DNA from: Marsupella aquatica | Taxonomy: Eukaryota > Plantae > Marchantiophyta | DNA length: 64,000 nt | Direction of reading: 5' to 3' | Assembly (NCBI GenBank): GCA_973895155.1 | Contig: OZ316893.1 | Location: 21,746,955-21,810,954 of the forward strand | Shown: piece after piece, positions 13,471 to 26,660 of the stretch | How the letters are laid out: every line of letters starts with the position of its first letter | Position numbering within the stretch: the stretch's first letter is position 1 | The notes under the pieces: generated by a model | What the model was told of the DNA's origin: nothing | What the model saw: the letters and a program-made list of their open reading frames with translations, nothing else | Database searches by the model: none | Translations under genes and position numbers: made by a program

Positions 13471-13795
13471 TACTACCGCCCCTCCCGCAAGGGGGGTGCG
13501 AGGCTCTGGCGGCCCAGTGCGAGGGCGCCCGTCGTCGGGGCAAAGGATAGTATCAAACTAGAAAGACCAATTCGACTAAGGGCCAAGTGGCTAGTAAGGG
13601 CAAGAGTAGTGATGGTAGAGATCAGGGGCCTCTGAAGCTCTGCACCTATAGGTGGACCTTCGGTGACAGGTGGCCTGATTAGGTTGTTTTGGTTGGTGTT
13701 TGCCGTTGACCGCGGCTGGCCCGCCGTGTGGCTTTTGTCCCCGGGGGCCGGGGGGTCCCCCTCCTTTTCTTCTTTGAAATTTTTTTTTTTAAATG
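13471..13795. mobile_element. 325-bp GC-rich insertion flanked by a 13-bp target-site duplication (SINE-like/non-LTR retroposon)
   Basis: AAGGTATGGGCCG at 13458-13470 and 13796-13808; CpG-rich body; T-run just inside the right repeat. Confidence 0.7.
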
Positions 13796-16679
13796 AAGGT
13801 ATGGGCCGCAAACTCCTATGGACCACCAAAATGTATCCTGGCTTCAGTTTCAAGAGTGAGGACAAACAAATTATTTTGCTTATAGACTAGGGGGTCAGAT
13901 TCTAAAATGTAGCATGTGATGTATGGCACTGCATTCTCGCCGTCTCCCCCCCCCCCCCCCCCAGGTTGAACCCCCTTGCAACCAGAGTAAGAGAAGGATG
14001 GGGGCTCTTGAAGTGGTAGAGTACAAGGCAGGTGACTGGTCCATTATTTTGACTCGGGTTCAGGGTGAGTTAAAGTTCCAACCCTTGATCAACTTAATTT
14101 GCATGTTCCATGAGGGGTTGAAATTGCATGAATGCTTCCAAGATTGGCTTTATCCTAAGTCACCCAGAGTTTTTGGGTCCAACATTGTGCTGCAAGACTT
14201 TGTGCCAGTGCGCAAGAGTAAGATAGGGAGTGAAGAAGCCAGGAGTGACAAGAGACAATGCTTGGGATTGAATCTAGATCTGGAGAGACTGAGGAGATGG
14301 AAATTCCGGTTGGAATGGTCTCTGTTGTTGTAGATGATCCCTTTGCTAGATCCACTGTTATGTCCCCGGTTATGTCCGTTTTACGCAAGCTGCATTGCGC
14401 TACATCTCATAGTGAAGGGGGAGCTTGGCTATGGTGGACTCAATGCTGATGCTGCTGAATATGGCAGGCCTCACATCACACAGATGGTCCCAGTGCCACA
14501 AGTTTCTGGCCAAAACCATATCCCAAAGAGCCCTATCTAGGGAAACCCGACCTAAGTTTTTTGTGAGTTTACTGCTTTAGGGTTACTTGATTCTGGGCTT
14601 AACTCACCACTATTTCTGAGTTTGACCCTCTACATTTAAGTATCAGTTTCTTGGCTCCAACCAAAACAAACAGGAGACAAGACAAAACCGGGGACAAAAC
14701 CCACCGTGCGTCCAATTGAATGACCTGGTCAATGCTGGGCCATGTCTGTTCCCCTAAGCCAAAAAATTTATAGTAGGGCCGATTTCCAGGGAGTTGGGGA
14801 CTTTAATGCCCAAAAAACAGGGCTCTAGCCCAAGTTGTCTTTAATCTTATATATATAGAGCAAATGGGAAACTAGAGTCAAGGTCTGGGCTTCTAGGGTC
14901 AAGCCTCTCAACAGTGACTCACCAAAGTATATGTGCATGTAAAGAAGATGTGCATATAGACATGATGGTATGTTATGTATCACATGAATGATTGGTTTTT
15001 TCATTAATATTAATATTTAAAGAATGAGAAATAGGGAATATATTGTGTTACATTTTATTGTCCTCTCCTCTACTCACGTTCTTTGAAGGGTAGTCGGGGC
15101 TAGTGCCCTAGTAACAAGAAGTTGATACACTTCAATCCCTGAAACACTTTTTAATTCTACTAATGATGGGCATTCTCTTCCATAAAGTACAGATATATAC
15201 AAAGGAAAAACTCTTGTAAGGACTTAAGATTAATTAGGCCATGAAGAAATGTTTTTGGAGGGACCCACATGCTAAACTACTTCCTGTAGAGGCACCGGCA
15301 CAATGGTGGGCCTTGTCAGCTCCCCTAACTAAGAATCCATTAATTGAGAGCCATTGAAAATGTATTTGGGTGGTACTTTGAGGCGTGTAAAGACTTTCAC
15401 AAGTTTTGGCTTCGTGTTTTTGGAGGGCATTTATTTTCTACAATACACACCTTTCTTTGAGGAGGGAATCATGCAATGACTCATCAGTAAGGCATATGTA
15501 ACTCAAAGTACAAAAGTTTCACAATAGAAAGCAAAAATTACCAATCCTGGCATTTTAACTTCTTAGTGTTTTTTAGCCATGTCCTAAATTCCAGAGGTTC
15601 TACTTTTTTCCAGATTTTCCCAAACTCACTCAAGTTTTAAAATAAGTTAACACTGAAGCCCTTGTTTTTGGCACATCTGGGTGTAAGCTACATTGTCAGA
15701 AGGCCACAAAGAATTGGCCCTAACTTTTCTCATGGGATGTTGTAAAAGTTCTTTTTAAGCTCTTTTCCACTCACAGGGTTTTGTAAAAGATCCATTACAC
15801 TAGCCTCTACGGTGAATTAGATCATGGCATAAAATCATTCTTCATTGCAAATTGTTATGTAGGATGATTTTGGTAGTCCATAACTTTTTGGTCCGTAACC
15901 TTAGCCTACTTAAGGTTACATCAAGTTTTGAGGTTTGAGACCAGCTATTATGTCTCAAAATGTGTTCCAATGTGCTCCGTCTCAAAATTTTGTTCCAATT
16001 TTCTCTCATCGTGGTCCTGAAGTCAGGGGATTCATTGACCATAATGCCCTTTGTATATTTCAGGGCATTCTGGGAGTATAATGCCCCCAATAATGCCCCA
16101 TCAGGATGAGGATCATCTCTTCAGGAAGCTTCTCCTCTCCTTTTGCTTGAAAAAGTAAAGATCTATTAGGCCTTTAAGTGTAGTAAGATCCTGTTTGGGG
16201 AGCATTATGGGCTAAGATCAAGTTTTTATATATTAGGAAGAAAGATCATCTAGAGGCTAGTGAATGCTGGTTAGCACTGATTAGCCCTAAGCCGCTCCCC
16301 GTGTATGCCAGATACTATTACTGTATAGATTGCAGGCTTGAGCTGAACTTAATGAGCCTCAAGATTGCTTTCATGGTCAATTCTATTTTAGGGGCCTTAT
16401 AATTATCTCATCATGCCTCCTAAACAGGATCGTTACTTTATACCTAACTATTAGGGTGTCTCAAAGCTCACAACCTAATGGACCTTAACTCCCTAGTTAT
16501 GGTTCAAGGACCAAAAAAGTTAGAAGACACTAAATTCATAGTCCATAATTTTTTGCCACAAGGATTGGTCTTATGTCATTACCATTTGTCGCTTTAAAGC
16601 TTTAGAGTCTGGTGAAAGAGAAAACAAACAAAAAACTTACACAACCTTGTGAAAAACTTATGAACATTCTTTTATGGCC

Positions 16680-16920
16680 GACTGTCATCATCTTCCCTAA
16701 TTTCTCAGCTTTGAGACTCATTTGAGACTCAATGTCATCCATCATCTTGCCTAATTTATGATCTTTCCTAATTTCTCAGCTTTGACACTTGAATGTCATC
16801 ATCTTGCCTAATTTATCATCATCGCTAATTTCTCAACTTTGAGACTGAATGTCATCATCTTCCCTAATTTCTCAACTTTGAGACTGAATGTCATCATCTT
16901 CCCTAATTTCTCAGCTTTGT
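16680..16920. repeat. 39-bp minisatellite, about 5-6 copies (some partial)
   Basis: Unit TGTCATCATCTTCCCTAATTTCTCARCTTTGAGACTGAA. Confidence 0.85.
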
Positions 16921-18519
16921 TAAAATGAACACTCCACTTTGCTGAGCTATGAAGCATCAAAGTGTCTCGGGCCCCGCCCCGAAAAGTGGGAAAGGAATCG
17001 AGGCATGGTGAAAAAGTAGCGACTGGACAGACCTGAAGTGGACTGGACTGGAATGGACACTGATGGTCATCTGGTCTGCAGAGCTTATGGCACGCAAAGA
17101 GGATTTCGTTGGAAATTTCCACTCGATAGCTGACAGCCCAACGAATCCCTGAGACGGAGCTCCTACCGTAAAGCGTAAGAAATCGTTCCTTCCTGCGGCC
17201 TTCGTTGGGACTGTAGTTACTTTGGAATGTAGCGTTGTCGTCTCGTAACTGATTGATCTTTCTCGAGGAACATGGCGACAGTCAAATCACTCCACCAATT
17301 TCATGCTGCTTCACTGCTTCTTCCGCAAATTAAAGCGCTTTGAGCTTTCCATCGAGGCGCAGCAGTTTCTGGCTTTGAAGAGTGCAATAATTTTGGTGCA
17401 TGTTTTGTGATTCTTCCAATGAGGTTCTAGATAGAAAGGCAATTGCTGGGATTGGATTTCTTCCAATGAGGTTTCGAGTACAGGATAGAATTACAATAGG
17501 CATATTTTCTGGGCTTTGGTCCTTGTAATGAGTGTTTCTTTGCATGATCGAAATAGTTGGGTGGCAAAGTTATGAACAGAATGCTCATGGCCAAAAGTTG
17601 ACCCGTCTTCAAACCACTGGCAGCAAAAAGAAGTGCATCTCTTCCTGCATGAGGTGACAACATTCAGACAAGTACATCTTTATTGGCTCTTTTTCTCCGT
17701 TCACACAAAGTTGCACACAATGGGTGTGGTGGTAGTTGAGTTCCCTTATTTTATAACATAGGGATTGTGAGTAGGTGTCCCCCTCTTGTGGTCCATCTCA
17801 TGCAGCTTTTCTCGGGAATAAACCATGGCTCATGTTTTTCACCCTTCATGTACTATAGTGGAATGCTAAAACATACATTTACTATATAGTACCCCAACTG
17901 ATGCCTTTCTATTTGACAACAGGTTCCCATATATAGTACTCAGGGTAATCCACAGTACTCATTCCACACATAGTACAGTGTATATGAAAGAGCATGTCAG
18001 AATTTTGACCACCTCCAAAATAGTGGGCTGTAACATGTGCGGGTAGTTTCGGGAAATGGAGAACGAAATTCCATACAAAACAGCCTGAAAAACTTTACAT
18101 GAGGCAAAATGCCCCTGAGGCAGTGTTATCTGTTGAAATAGGCTGCAAGCACATGGTTTGGCTAGGTGTAAGCAAATTTCCAGAAAAAAAGAAGATTGAA
18201 AACCCTTTTGGCTGCAGACAATTTAAATGGCCACTTGCAAAAGTCTGGAAGCAATTGAAAATAACTTTTTGTCTCCAACACGAAGTTACCACGACTGTAT
18301 CAGAGTAGATGCTGCCTGTAGATCCTGAGAAAGCAAATACCCAGAACAGATAAGAGGAGACCCTTGTGCGGAGGTTCCATCTTTCTTGCCCGATAGCATC
18401 CCCCACTTCCTGTTGGGAAGTGCAGGGCTGCCATTCACATTACTGAAATAGCCAAAATTTACAAGGGGAGATACTGCACACTCTACTTCATGACATGTGG
18501 AGTCCCTCCATGTGAACTC

Positions 18520-18815
18520 GTGGACTTTTTGGCTCATGGGCTCTTTGGTGGTCTGGGTTTCTCTCTTGTTTCTCCCCTGTACTGGGTCTTCTGTCTCCAG
18601 GTATGGCCCGTTTTGTTCTATGGCAATTTCTCCCCTTTATTGGGTCTCTGTTTGGGATCGTGTGTCCCTGTATGGCCCTTTTTGTTCTTTGGCAATTTGA
18701 TGTACTTTTTGGCTCATGGGCTCATTGGTAGTCTGGGTTTTTCTCTTATTTCTCCGGTCTCCTGTGTTTGGGATCCTGTCTCCCAGTATGGCAGTTTTTG
18801 TTCTTTGGCAGTTTG
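18520..18815. repeat. Nested tandem duplication (~180-bp unit containing ~69-bp sub-repeats)
   Basis: ACTTTTTGGCTCATGGGCTC.TTGGT.GTCTGGGTTT at ~18524 and ~18704; GTATGGC...TTTTGTTCT.TGGCA recurs three times. Confidence 0.75.
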
Positions 18816-20131
18816 ATGAATAATCCCTCCCCTAAATGTAGCTGCACCCATGGCAATTAGTGAACGTAGTTATAGGTTTCATCAGATCTAACAACATGGC
18901 CCAGAGTTATTCTCCCAGTGGGAATACTAGTAGGAATGCTCTTCGAAGGCATCTTGTCCCAAACATAAGAGGCGAAAGCCGCCCACGGATATGAAGCCTT
19001 AGTGCATCCCTACTCCAGAAACCTTTGCAAACCCAGAACAAACAACATGGCAACAACAATAAGCGAATGCTCATTCCCGCATGATATGACCACAAACCTA
19101 TGAGAATGCCTGCCTATCTTCACAACGACGATCTATCATCTCAGAACATGAACCTGCCGAAGTACATGCCTTCCGTACCTCAACAAGAACCTCTTAACAT
19201 CTCAAAGACGAATATCAGGGCATTGAGGAATATCCATAACTATCATGATACCATGTGGTAGCATACCATTTGCGAAGATGACGAAAACAGTATTTGGCTT
19301 AACATCACAGCTACTGAAATAGCGTGATGACGACACATTGTGACAATTCCATCATCAGTTCCTGTTTACATGTCATTCTCCCCCTCCCTTCACAAATATT
19401 TAACTGAGTGATCCCTTTGTCAGCAAATTTACAGACACAGGGGAAGCCTTATGAGGGTGTGGAGCTCAGATTCATACAAAACTGCCATGACGAAAAAAAG
19501 ATATGGCATGAGAAGTTGACCATCCTAAAAGCAGAGCAACTATCTACGGTAATTATCTAGGTCAACAGAAGGGTGACACCTGTTCTAGCTCACTCTTTGA
19601 TTGGAAGTACGAGTGGTATGCACAGGTTCAATTGAACTCCTCAGTAATTAAGCTAAAGCTAGACTTTGCTACAATTTCTTTACAAGGAACTCCTGCTCAT
19701 GTCCAGAAAATACACACCAAACAAAAACCCTATGATTTCGTCTTTGAGATATAAACTGGACCAAAACGTTCCAACTGGATCTGATATAAAGCAGGACAAC
19801 TGCAAACAATCAGTCCAGTAAAGTGAAACGCCACCCGTATCTACACATCAATTGTTCAGATCTTTTGTTCCCGACGAGAGAACATTCTTCGGTTTTTCCT
19901 TTCGGAGCTCCTCCCTTTCATTAAAAATTGAAGCACGAAGGGAAAAGAAACCCATCATACAACGCAGTCGATGGTTTGCACCTGTGCCCTATCAGCAAAA
20001 GTTACCTCCTGCCATGTACAGTCCCAGTACCGTGACCATATTGTCCAGGACCCATTTCATAAATCGTGGACAGATAATGAGCTTCACTCGAACTTCAAAT
20101 CGATATCGCCATATACTTTCAATCCATTGAG

Positions 20132-22942
20132 TCAAGGCACCAACTGCAGCATATGGAGCCCCCCGTCAAAGCCCAGTCCAACAGATGCAGTTGGTAAAAC
20201 TCCGCTATCGACCATACCTCCAAACATGAGAATCACCCGCCCAGAATCTACAGCACATGCACCATGAAACGACCGCTTGCTTGGAGGCCGCCCAAACTGC
20301 TTCAACTTTTTCCAGAAACGCCTGGAAAATCTGTTCCCACTTGAGTTGGCACAACAGCTATGTCTTGGATAGGACCCTAAGCAAGGCTCGTTGTGGGTAA
20401 CTTCGAACCCTGCCCTTGGGTCAAGTACCCAAACATCTCCTTTCTTAGCTCTCTTAGAGTCTTCCCCTCCAAATATGAGGATTCTTCCACCAAAAATGAG
20501 TGTGGCAGAATGCCCTGCTCTTGGAGGTGGATGATCATGCCCTGGACGGGCCTCTGAAGCCTCGAGTTCCACCCATGCAGGTTGGTCTGATTCCAGATCC
20601 AATAGCCATACATCATTCCTGACCTCAAAATCTGTTCCACGGCCACCAAACAAGATAATACGTTTTCCACCAACCCAAGTTACAGTATGACCAGACCTGG
20701 GCCGAGGAGAGACTGGCGTTACTATCTCTCTCCAGCAGAGAGGCGACTCTGCAAGATCCAATATCCATGTGTCACCGAGCCTTGTCCCATCAGACGCTAT
20801 ACCACCAAATATCACAACCTTTCTGTCACCAGCAAAACATCCACCATGTGCCCCTCGCGGACGAGGAGCTGCTGCAACTTCTAACAATTCCCACATGGGT
20901 ATCACTTCACTTTCCCCTGAGAATAATCCCTGGCACATCCAAGTGTCACCCAGGCGTGTTCCCTCATCATTGATGCCTCCGTAAAGCATAAGAATGTTGC
21001 CCACAACAATACAGCTTTGCCCAAATCGCCCCGACGGTCCCCCGGCAAACACCTGCTGCCAGACTATCCCCTGTGACGGGTACTCAGGGATAGGAGCAAC
21101 CCATGAGTCATCTAAGTGCCGACCTGTCACAAGAGTAAATCAGTCAGTTAGATGAAGAGTTTTGCACAGAGAAGTACCCTGCGTCCGATACTTTGAAATA
21201 ATCTTGCCATCGATAGCCAAGGTTGAAAGTCCTGACAGCTATAAAAGTTAAGTGCGCTTGAAGTTCATTGTTTCATTTTTTTTACAACAGCCGGCTTTCC
21301 ACTACCGCTGCGCATGCAACTCCTGTCCACTCGAAGCTGATGTTAAGAACTCAACTAACAGGCCGCAAGTGGTAGCCATGTTCTGGATTGGCGTGGAGGC
21401 CTGAGTAGAATAATAGAGCACAGCACAAGGAAAACAACAGACGACGTTGTTTCTCACAACGACGTCCCGGATTGATCAAGTGGGTTATGAGCGACCGTTA
21501 ACATTCCTATTGATCGGAAGAATTGAGCTGGGAAGCAAAGGGAATAAACTCTTTCAGTTGTAAGGGAGAAAAGTCTCTCTGCGAGATGCCCAATCTATAT
21601 AAGTTTTGAATTCCAATACTGACCAGAAAGGGAAAAACCTGCTTACTATCAACCAACATATAATCGTCTTGTCAGTCATTCCTTGAATTTTTCTTCCTCT
21701 ACAAGATGAGATAACAAGTATCGCACCAGAGACACACCTCCTCCTTTTCATTCTAGACTTCACTCAAACTCACAGTGTCTGGCAAGCTCAACGTATACAA
21801 ACTGTGAAGTTTATCATAGGAACAAAAACACTTGAGCTAATGGGTTAACAAACCAGGGTAAGATCAATAATTTAGATAGTAAACAGATGACAATCCTAAT
21901 GCATCTGCAAGTTCCTGGAGGAACAAATATCCAAAATGCATCACCCAACACCCTATGCTCACCACCGAAAACACGCCATATCACGCATTCGATGATAACC
22001 TGATATGAGATTGATGACAAACTCAGAATACAGGTTGTTCTTGTAGGTCAATGTTGTCTACTTACGGCATCCATGATCTACTGATCGACACAAATTCACC
22101 AGATGAGTACACACTCAGCACACTCAGCTAGCTATTGCTCATTTCGTTCTGAAGATATGTACATCACAAGAAATGTGTTGACCGTAGTAGCTTGTGCTGG
22201 AATCTACTTTAGGGCTGAAAGCTTAAATTCCGCGTCATCATCAATCAAGGCTATCGATTAGGTTCACGATCACACTCGTAGAAATACCGACAAACACACG
22301 GCAATTGCCGCATACATGCAATGCAGTGTTTTGCAGTGCGTGCTGCAACAAACATAGGGCGAAGTTGACGCCCTAGACATCTAGTCACACCGAGAATATA
22401 TATCAGAAGTAGAGGACGCCGATAGGAAGGGACTCATACAGCAAAACCAGATGGGTAGCTCTGACGAGCGCAGGGGCACGTAGAGCTCTGAATGAGGGTC
22501 ACGTACCACCATCGCAGCCGCCTCCAAAGACCGTGATAAGGCCGTTCACGACATTCATCGAGTGAGATGCTCGTGGTGCAGGCACACTATCGCCACTTTG
22601 TACTTGGTGCCAAGAAGCAGCGTTAAGAAGAAGCATCTGCCGATACAGCCGTTTCCAGCTCATCTTGTGCCTCCCTGCAGAGGGCCATGCTTCCACTGCC
22701 CGGCTTCCCCATTCGCGCTTGCAGATGAGAGCCCAGAGAGAGTCCGTGTCCGCCATCTCTCTGTAGCGCTTGCAGGTCATGCCAAATGATATCAGAGCTT
22801 GCAGGGGCAAATGCTGGAGAATGGCCAACAACTGATCGGAACCAAGAAGCCCAATGCCGCTCTCCTCGTCTTTAGCCGTTTCTTTACCTAGATCCTCCAC
22901 TCTTCCAGCTACTGTCCAGTTCACCATTTCACACCTGGGCAT
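20132..22942 (-). CDS. F-box/Kelch-repeat protein, At1g51550-like (2 coding exons, ~475 aa)
   Basis: Exons 22942-22507 and 21123-20132, joined as GGGCDG-G-RHLDDSW. F-box LGSDQLLAILQHLPLQALISFGMTCKRY...LWALICKREWG; Kelch repeats PRASHS, GRFGQS, PRGAHG, PRSGHT, PRAGHS, KRSFHG, each with a downstream GG. Confidence 0.92.
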
Positions 22943-24539
22943 CTGTATACAACCCCAAGATTCTCATTCTTAGCATGGGAGTGACTACTAGACTTGAAGT
23001 ACCTCAACGGTGGTCAAGTATTGACACTACAGTACATTCAATCACTGCAAAACAACACTTTTCATTTCTTCGCTACTACTCTAGAAACAAGGACCCATTC
23101 TTGTCTAGTAAACAGGAGCCAATTTGATCCCCTATTGACAATGCCTGCCTTCTACAAATTGGCTTTCCAGTTAATGCCATCACTTCGTCTGCACGGACAA
23201 ACAACCAAAGAAGGAAACATAACAGGCCAGTACACATCTTCTCAATCAGAGGTGGAAGCATCGTCAGACGGAGATAAAGTCCAACGACACACAACAAGAA
23301 ACCAGAAGACCACGCCGGAGTACTCTGCTGGGAGATGATGAGATGACGCACTAATTAGCGAACTTGATCATTGGAGAGAATAAAAAGAACACGTTTCTTT
23401 AACCTGATGGCTGTATAATCATTCAAAGTCAGCCACTTGAAGCTCGTTATAATCTGAGGCTCGTAACACACACCCCAAAACAGTTTTTTCGGACACATAC
23501 ATACCTCCATCAACTACATGAATAAAGGTCTGGACAGAAGAAAGACACTGCATGGTACCAAGTTTGCACAGAGCTCCATGAACCTGTGTCCCAGACAAAA
23601 CAGGCCTGACTCCATCGTGATACTTAGAACCCATGAACAACGTTGCAATTCAAATAGGAAGGGGAGTAGGACGTACCTTAGCGCTCTTGACATCGTAGTA
23701 CACCCTTCCGGTGCAATCTCGCATGGGGTCGAGATCCTCCATGAACATTCTCTCGCTGCCCCCGTCGGCAAACATCGGAAACCCCCTCCCCTCAGCACAC
23801 AGTTCTCCTTTCTGCTACCTGAGTTCCGCCTGACTGTCCAGATTGGTCGCCTTACTTCCTCTTCTCAAGGTCACTTTCTCCTTCTCTAAAGATGAGTAAC
23901 CAGTGAAACTTCAACAAACGAGTCCAGACCTGCCTTGCTCTCCGGCAGACAAGAGAGTTTCTCAGATTGAGCACCTCACGGGTACGAAGTTGGCAAAAAA
24001 GCCACCGCAGGCAAGCGATTTCCTCACGGCCTCATCGACCGATCAATCACTCCAGTCCAGTGGTCCTGTAGTGGCCCGTCCCAACTGACTTACAACTATC
24101 CCCACCTGATGACAGCCCACATGATGGACACTCCCCGGTCATGTCCCCGTCTCCGCCCGATCTTCCGCGTCAAAGCGAAAGAAACCTCTCTCGCTCTCTC
24201 TCTTCTTCGGACCTCGCTTCGATTGGCTTGGCTTGGATTGCCCTGCACTTAACCTCAAATCCGCAGCACCAACTTACACCGTGCGTGTGTTCGAGTCCGA
24301 GGCAGCAGCGGCAGCACAGGCTCAGCAAACACAGGGAGAGGATCGATCTCTCGAGGGAACAGAAAACGAAAGAAAGAAGGATCCTGCTCTCTCAGCCCAC
24401 ACACTTCAATTCAGGTCTGTCTCGTCAGGTCAGCAAGTCTCTCGAGAACAGCGCCAACTGCCGTCAACCATCGATCGCCCTTCTCAGTTCTCACACTCCC
24501 ATGTGCAGATCTGCTGCTGCTCCACTTCCTGCATCTCTC

Positions 24540-24800
24540 ATCTCATCATTTGGCTTCTCTCCTCCTCACTCACTCACTCACTCACTCTCTGCGTGGAAGA
24601 GCTCACTCTGACGACGAGGGGTTGAATTGACGGCCAACAATACATCCAGATGGTGCGCGCACAAACGGCACTCGTCGCGACAGCTTTTCTCTCGAGAATC
24701 TGCTGTTGCGAAAGCGAGAGAGGACGACAGGAAGACGAGGAAAGAGAGAGACACAGATGAAAGAGAGAGACACAGTGAGAGAGAGAACGAGAGCGGATGA
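24540..24800. promoter_or_regulatory. CT/GA-rich tracts, probable promoter/5' leader of the F-box gene
   Basis: (CTCA)n and GA-rich tracts in a CpG-rich island 1.6-1.9 kb upstream of the ATG; an AG acceptor sits directly before the ATG (TATACAG|ATG), implying 5'UTR intron(s). Confidence 0.4.
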
Positions 24801-26521
24801 GTCGAAATCTAGACCCCTATCTTGAGGGGTCTTTCGCTTTTATCGGGAATAAAGGCGACAAAAGATTGACCTCTCAGAGGCGCCTTTTTTTCTCGTCAGA
24901 ACAAAGGACTTAAGTACACTCTTTACACTCTTATAATTTTGTTCATGTCCTTTTTTGTCGCCTCCTCTTTCCTTACAACTGGAATTTATTTCTTATCAGT
25001 CTTAAGCATGTGCACTGTATTATCCACTATCTGTATTTATGTATGTATTTATTATTGGCTGAACTTAAAGTTCAGCTTTGTGGTGGGAGCCCAAAATGGC
25101 TCCAAACTTTTTTTTCTGCGCATACGTTTTCTCCACATACGTTTTCTCCACATACGTATAGAGTCACACAAATATATTTTAGTCACAATATACTCATTCT
25201 AACACTCTTTAGTTTGTATGAAGTACTCAAGATCAAGACAAATTGGAGTACACAGAATATATTGTATTCAACACAAATGAAAGTACATTAAATGTTCCCC
25301 CCTCAATATACATGTGTACTTGATTCTCTCACCATTTAATGTCTTTGTCTTTTAGTTATCAGAATTTCTTAATGCTTTTATATATCTCCCTTTGGGACCA
25401 AAGTCACCTTGAAAAGGTATGACTCTTAAAAGGGCTTCCTTTTTGTTTTTGGGTGAAATTGGTCACCTCGAAAAAAAATTTAAAGGGGCTTCTTTTTTTT
25501 AGAAAAAACGATGAGTAAGGAGCATGCCCTATGGTTGATCTCATTATTTTATTTTCTTTGAGAATTAAAACAGATAGAGAATCAAGGGTATTTTAAAGAA
25601 TGGGAAAATAAAAAAGACAAAAAAAGACATTTTTATTTTTTGGCCCGGATGGAGGATTACTTTAAGGGGAGAAATAATAAGGGTTTAAAGAATTTTTTCT
25701 TTAATTGCTGAGAGGTTTAAGGGTATTTAAGGGAGAGATTTTCAAAATGGTCTTTGTTTATATTTTTTTCTTGCTAGAGGGGGCAGACACTAGTTGAGTG
25801 TATCGAACAAGCTAACCCCTATTCTATCTTAGAAGTGGGGAGAGATGGATGGTTTAAGGGTCTTTTAAGGGGAGGAACAATAAAGACAAAGAATGGAGAG
25901 ATTTCAGGTTTTATAAATCTTTCCTTTTTCTTGCAAGAGGGGGGTCAACATCAAAACAAAAAATGAGTTTTTATTCCTTTTGTGGACTTCTCACTCATTT
26001 TTCAATGTAGATATAGATTTTTATTTGAGTAATTCTAGAAGAATGGGTGGGTGTGCTTTTAATTAGGTTAGGTATGATATTAATTAGTCACTAATGAATT
26101 TAGGTATGACATTAATTAGGAACTTAGAGATGATTAGCATAAAAAGGAGAGTCTCTCAATTCATTCTCCTCATTCTCTTCTCTTCTCCTCTCATTGCTTA
26201 TTCTTTTGCCTTTTTTGGCCAAAGTGACCTCATAGGCATTTGCTGGCGCAAGCGGCGCCATAAGCGTTGCTTGCAACCTACCATTTGCCTAGGTGGTCAT
26301 GGAGGGACGCGCTCGATCATTAGGGTCGTTCATAGGTAGTTTTCTATCGTATTCTCTTGGACTAGTGTGAGTTTGCTCTAGCCGGTGGTAGCAATGACCT
26401 AGTCATTTGCTACAGACCTGCCTATAGTAACTTAATCTAGTACATTTGGCGGGACATTTGGATGCAACTCTTTTTTGTTGGAGATATAGTTTGGCTTTGT
26501 GTTGTTCTCGATGGAGTGTTC

Positions 26522-26660
26522 TCGATGCATACAATGCTTGTTGCTTGAGAAGTATTTTGCCTACGAGCGTGTTCATCCTTTAGATGCTGGTCGATGCATA
26601 CAATGCTTGTTGCTTGAGAAATGTTTTGCCGACGAGCGTGTTCATCCTTCAGATGCTGGT
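26522..26660. repeat. 69-bp tandem duplication
   Basis: TCGATGCATACAATGCTTGTTGCTTGAGAA...GAGCGTGTTCATCCTT.AGATGCTGG at 26522 and 26591. Confidence 0.85.

Noticed and set aside
13923-14540. Overlapping short ORFs upstream of AKR copy 2
   Set aside because: No recognisable motif or splice structure; probably part of inserted repeat DNA.
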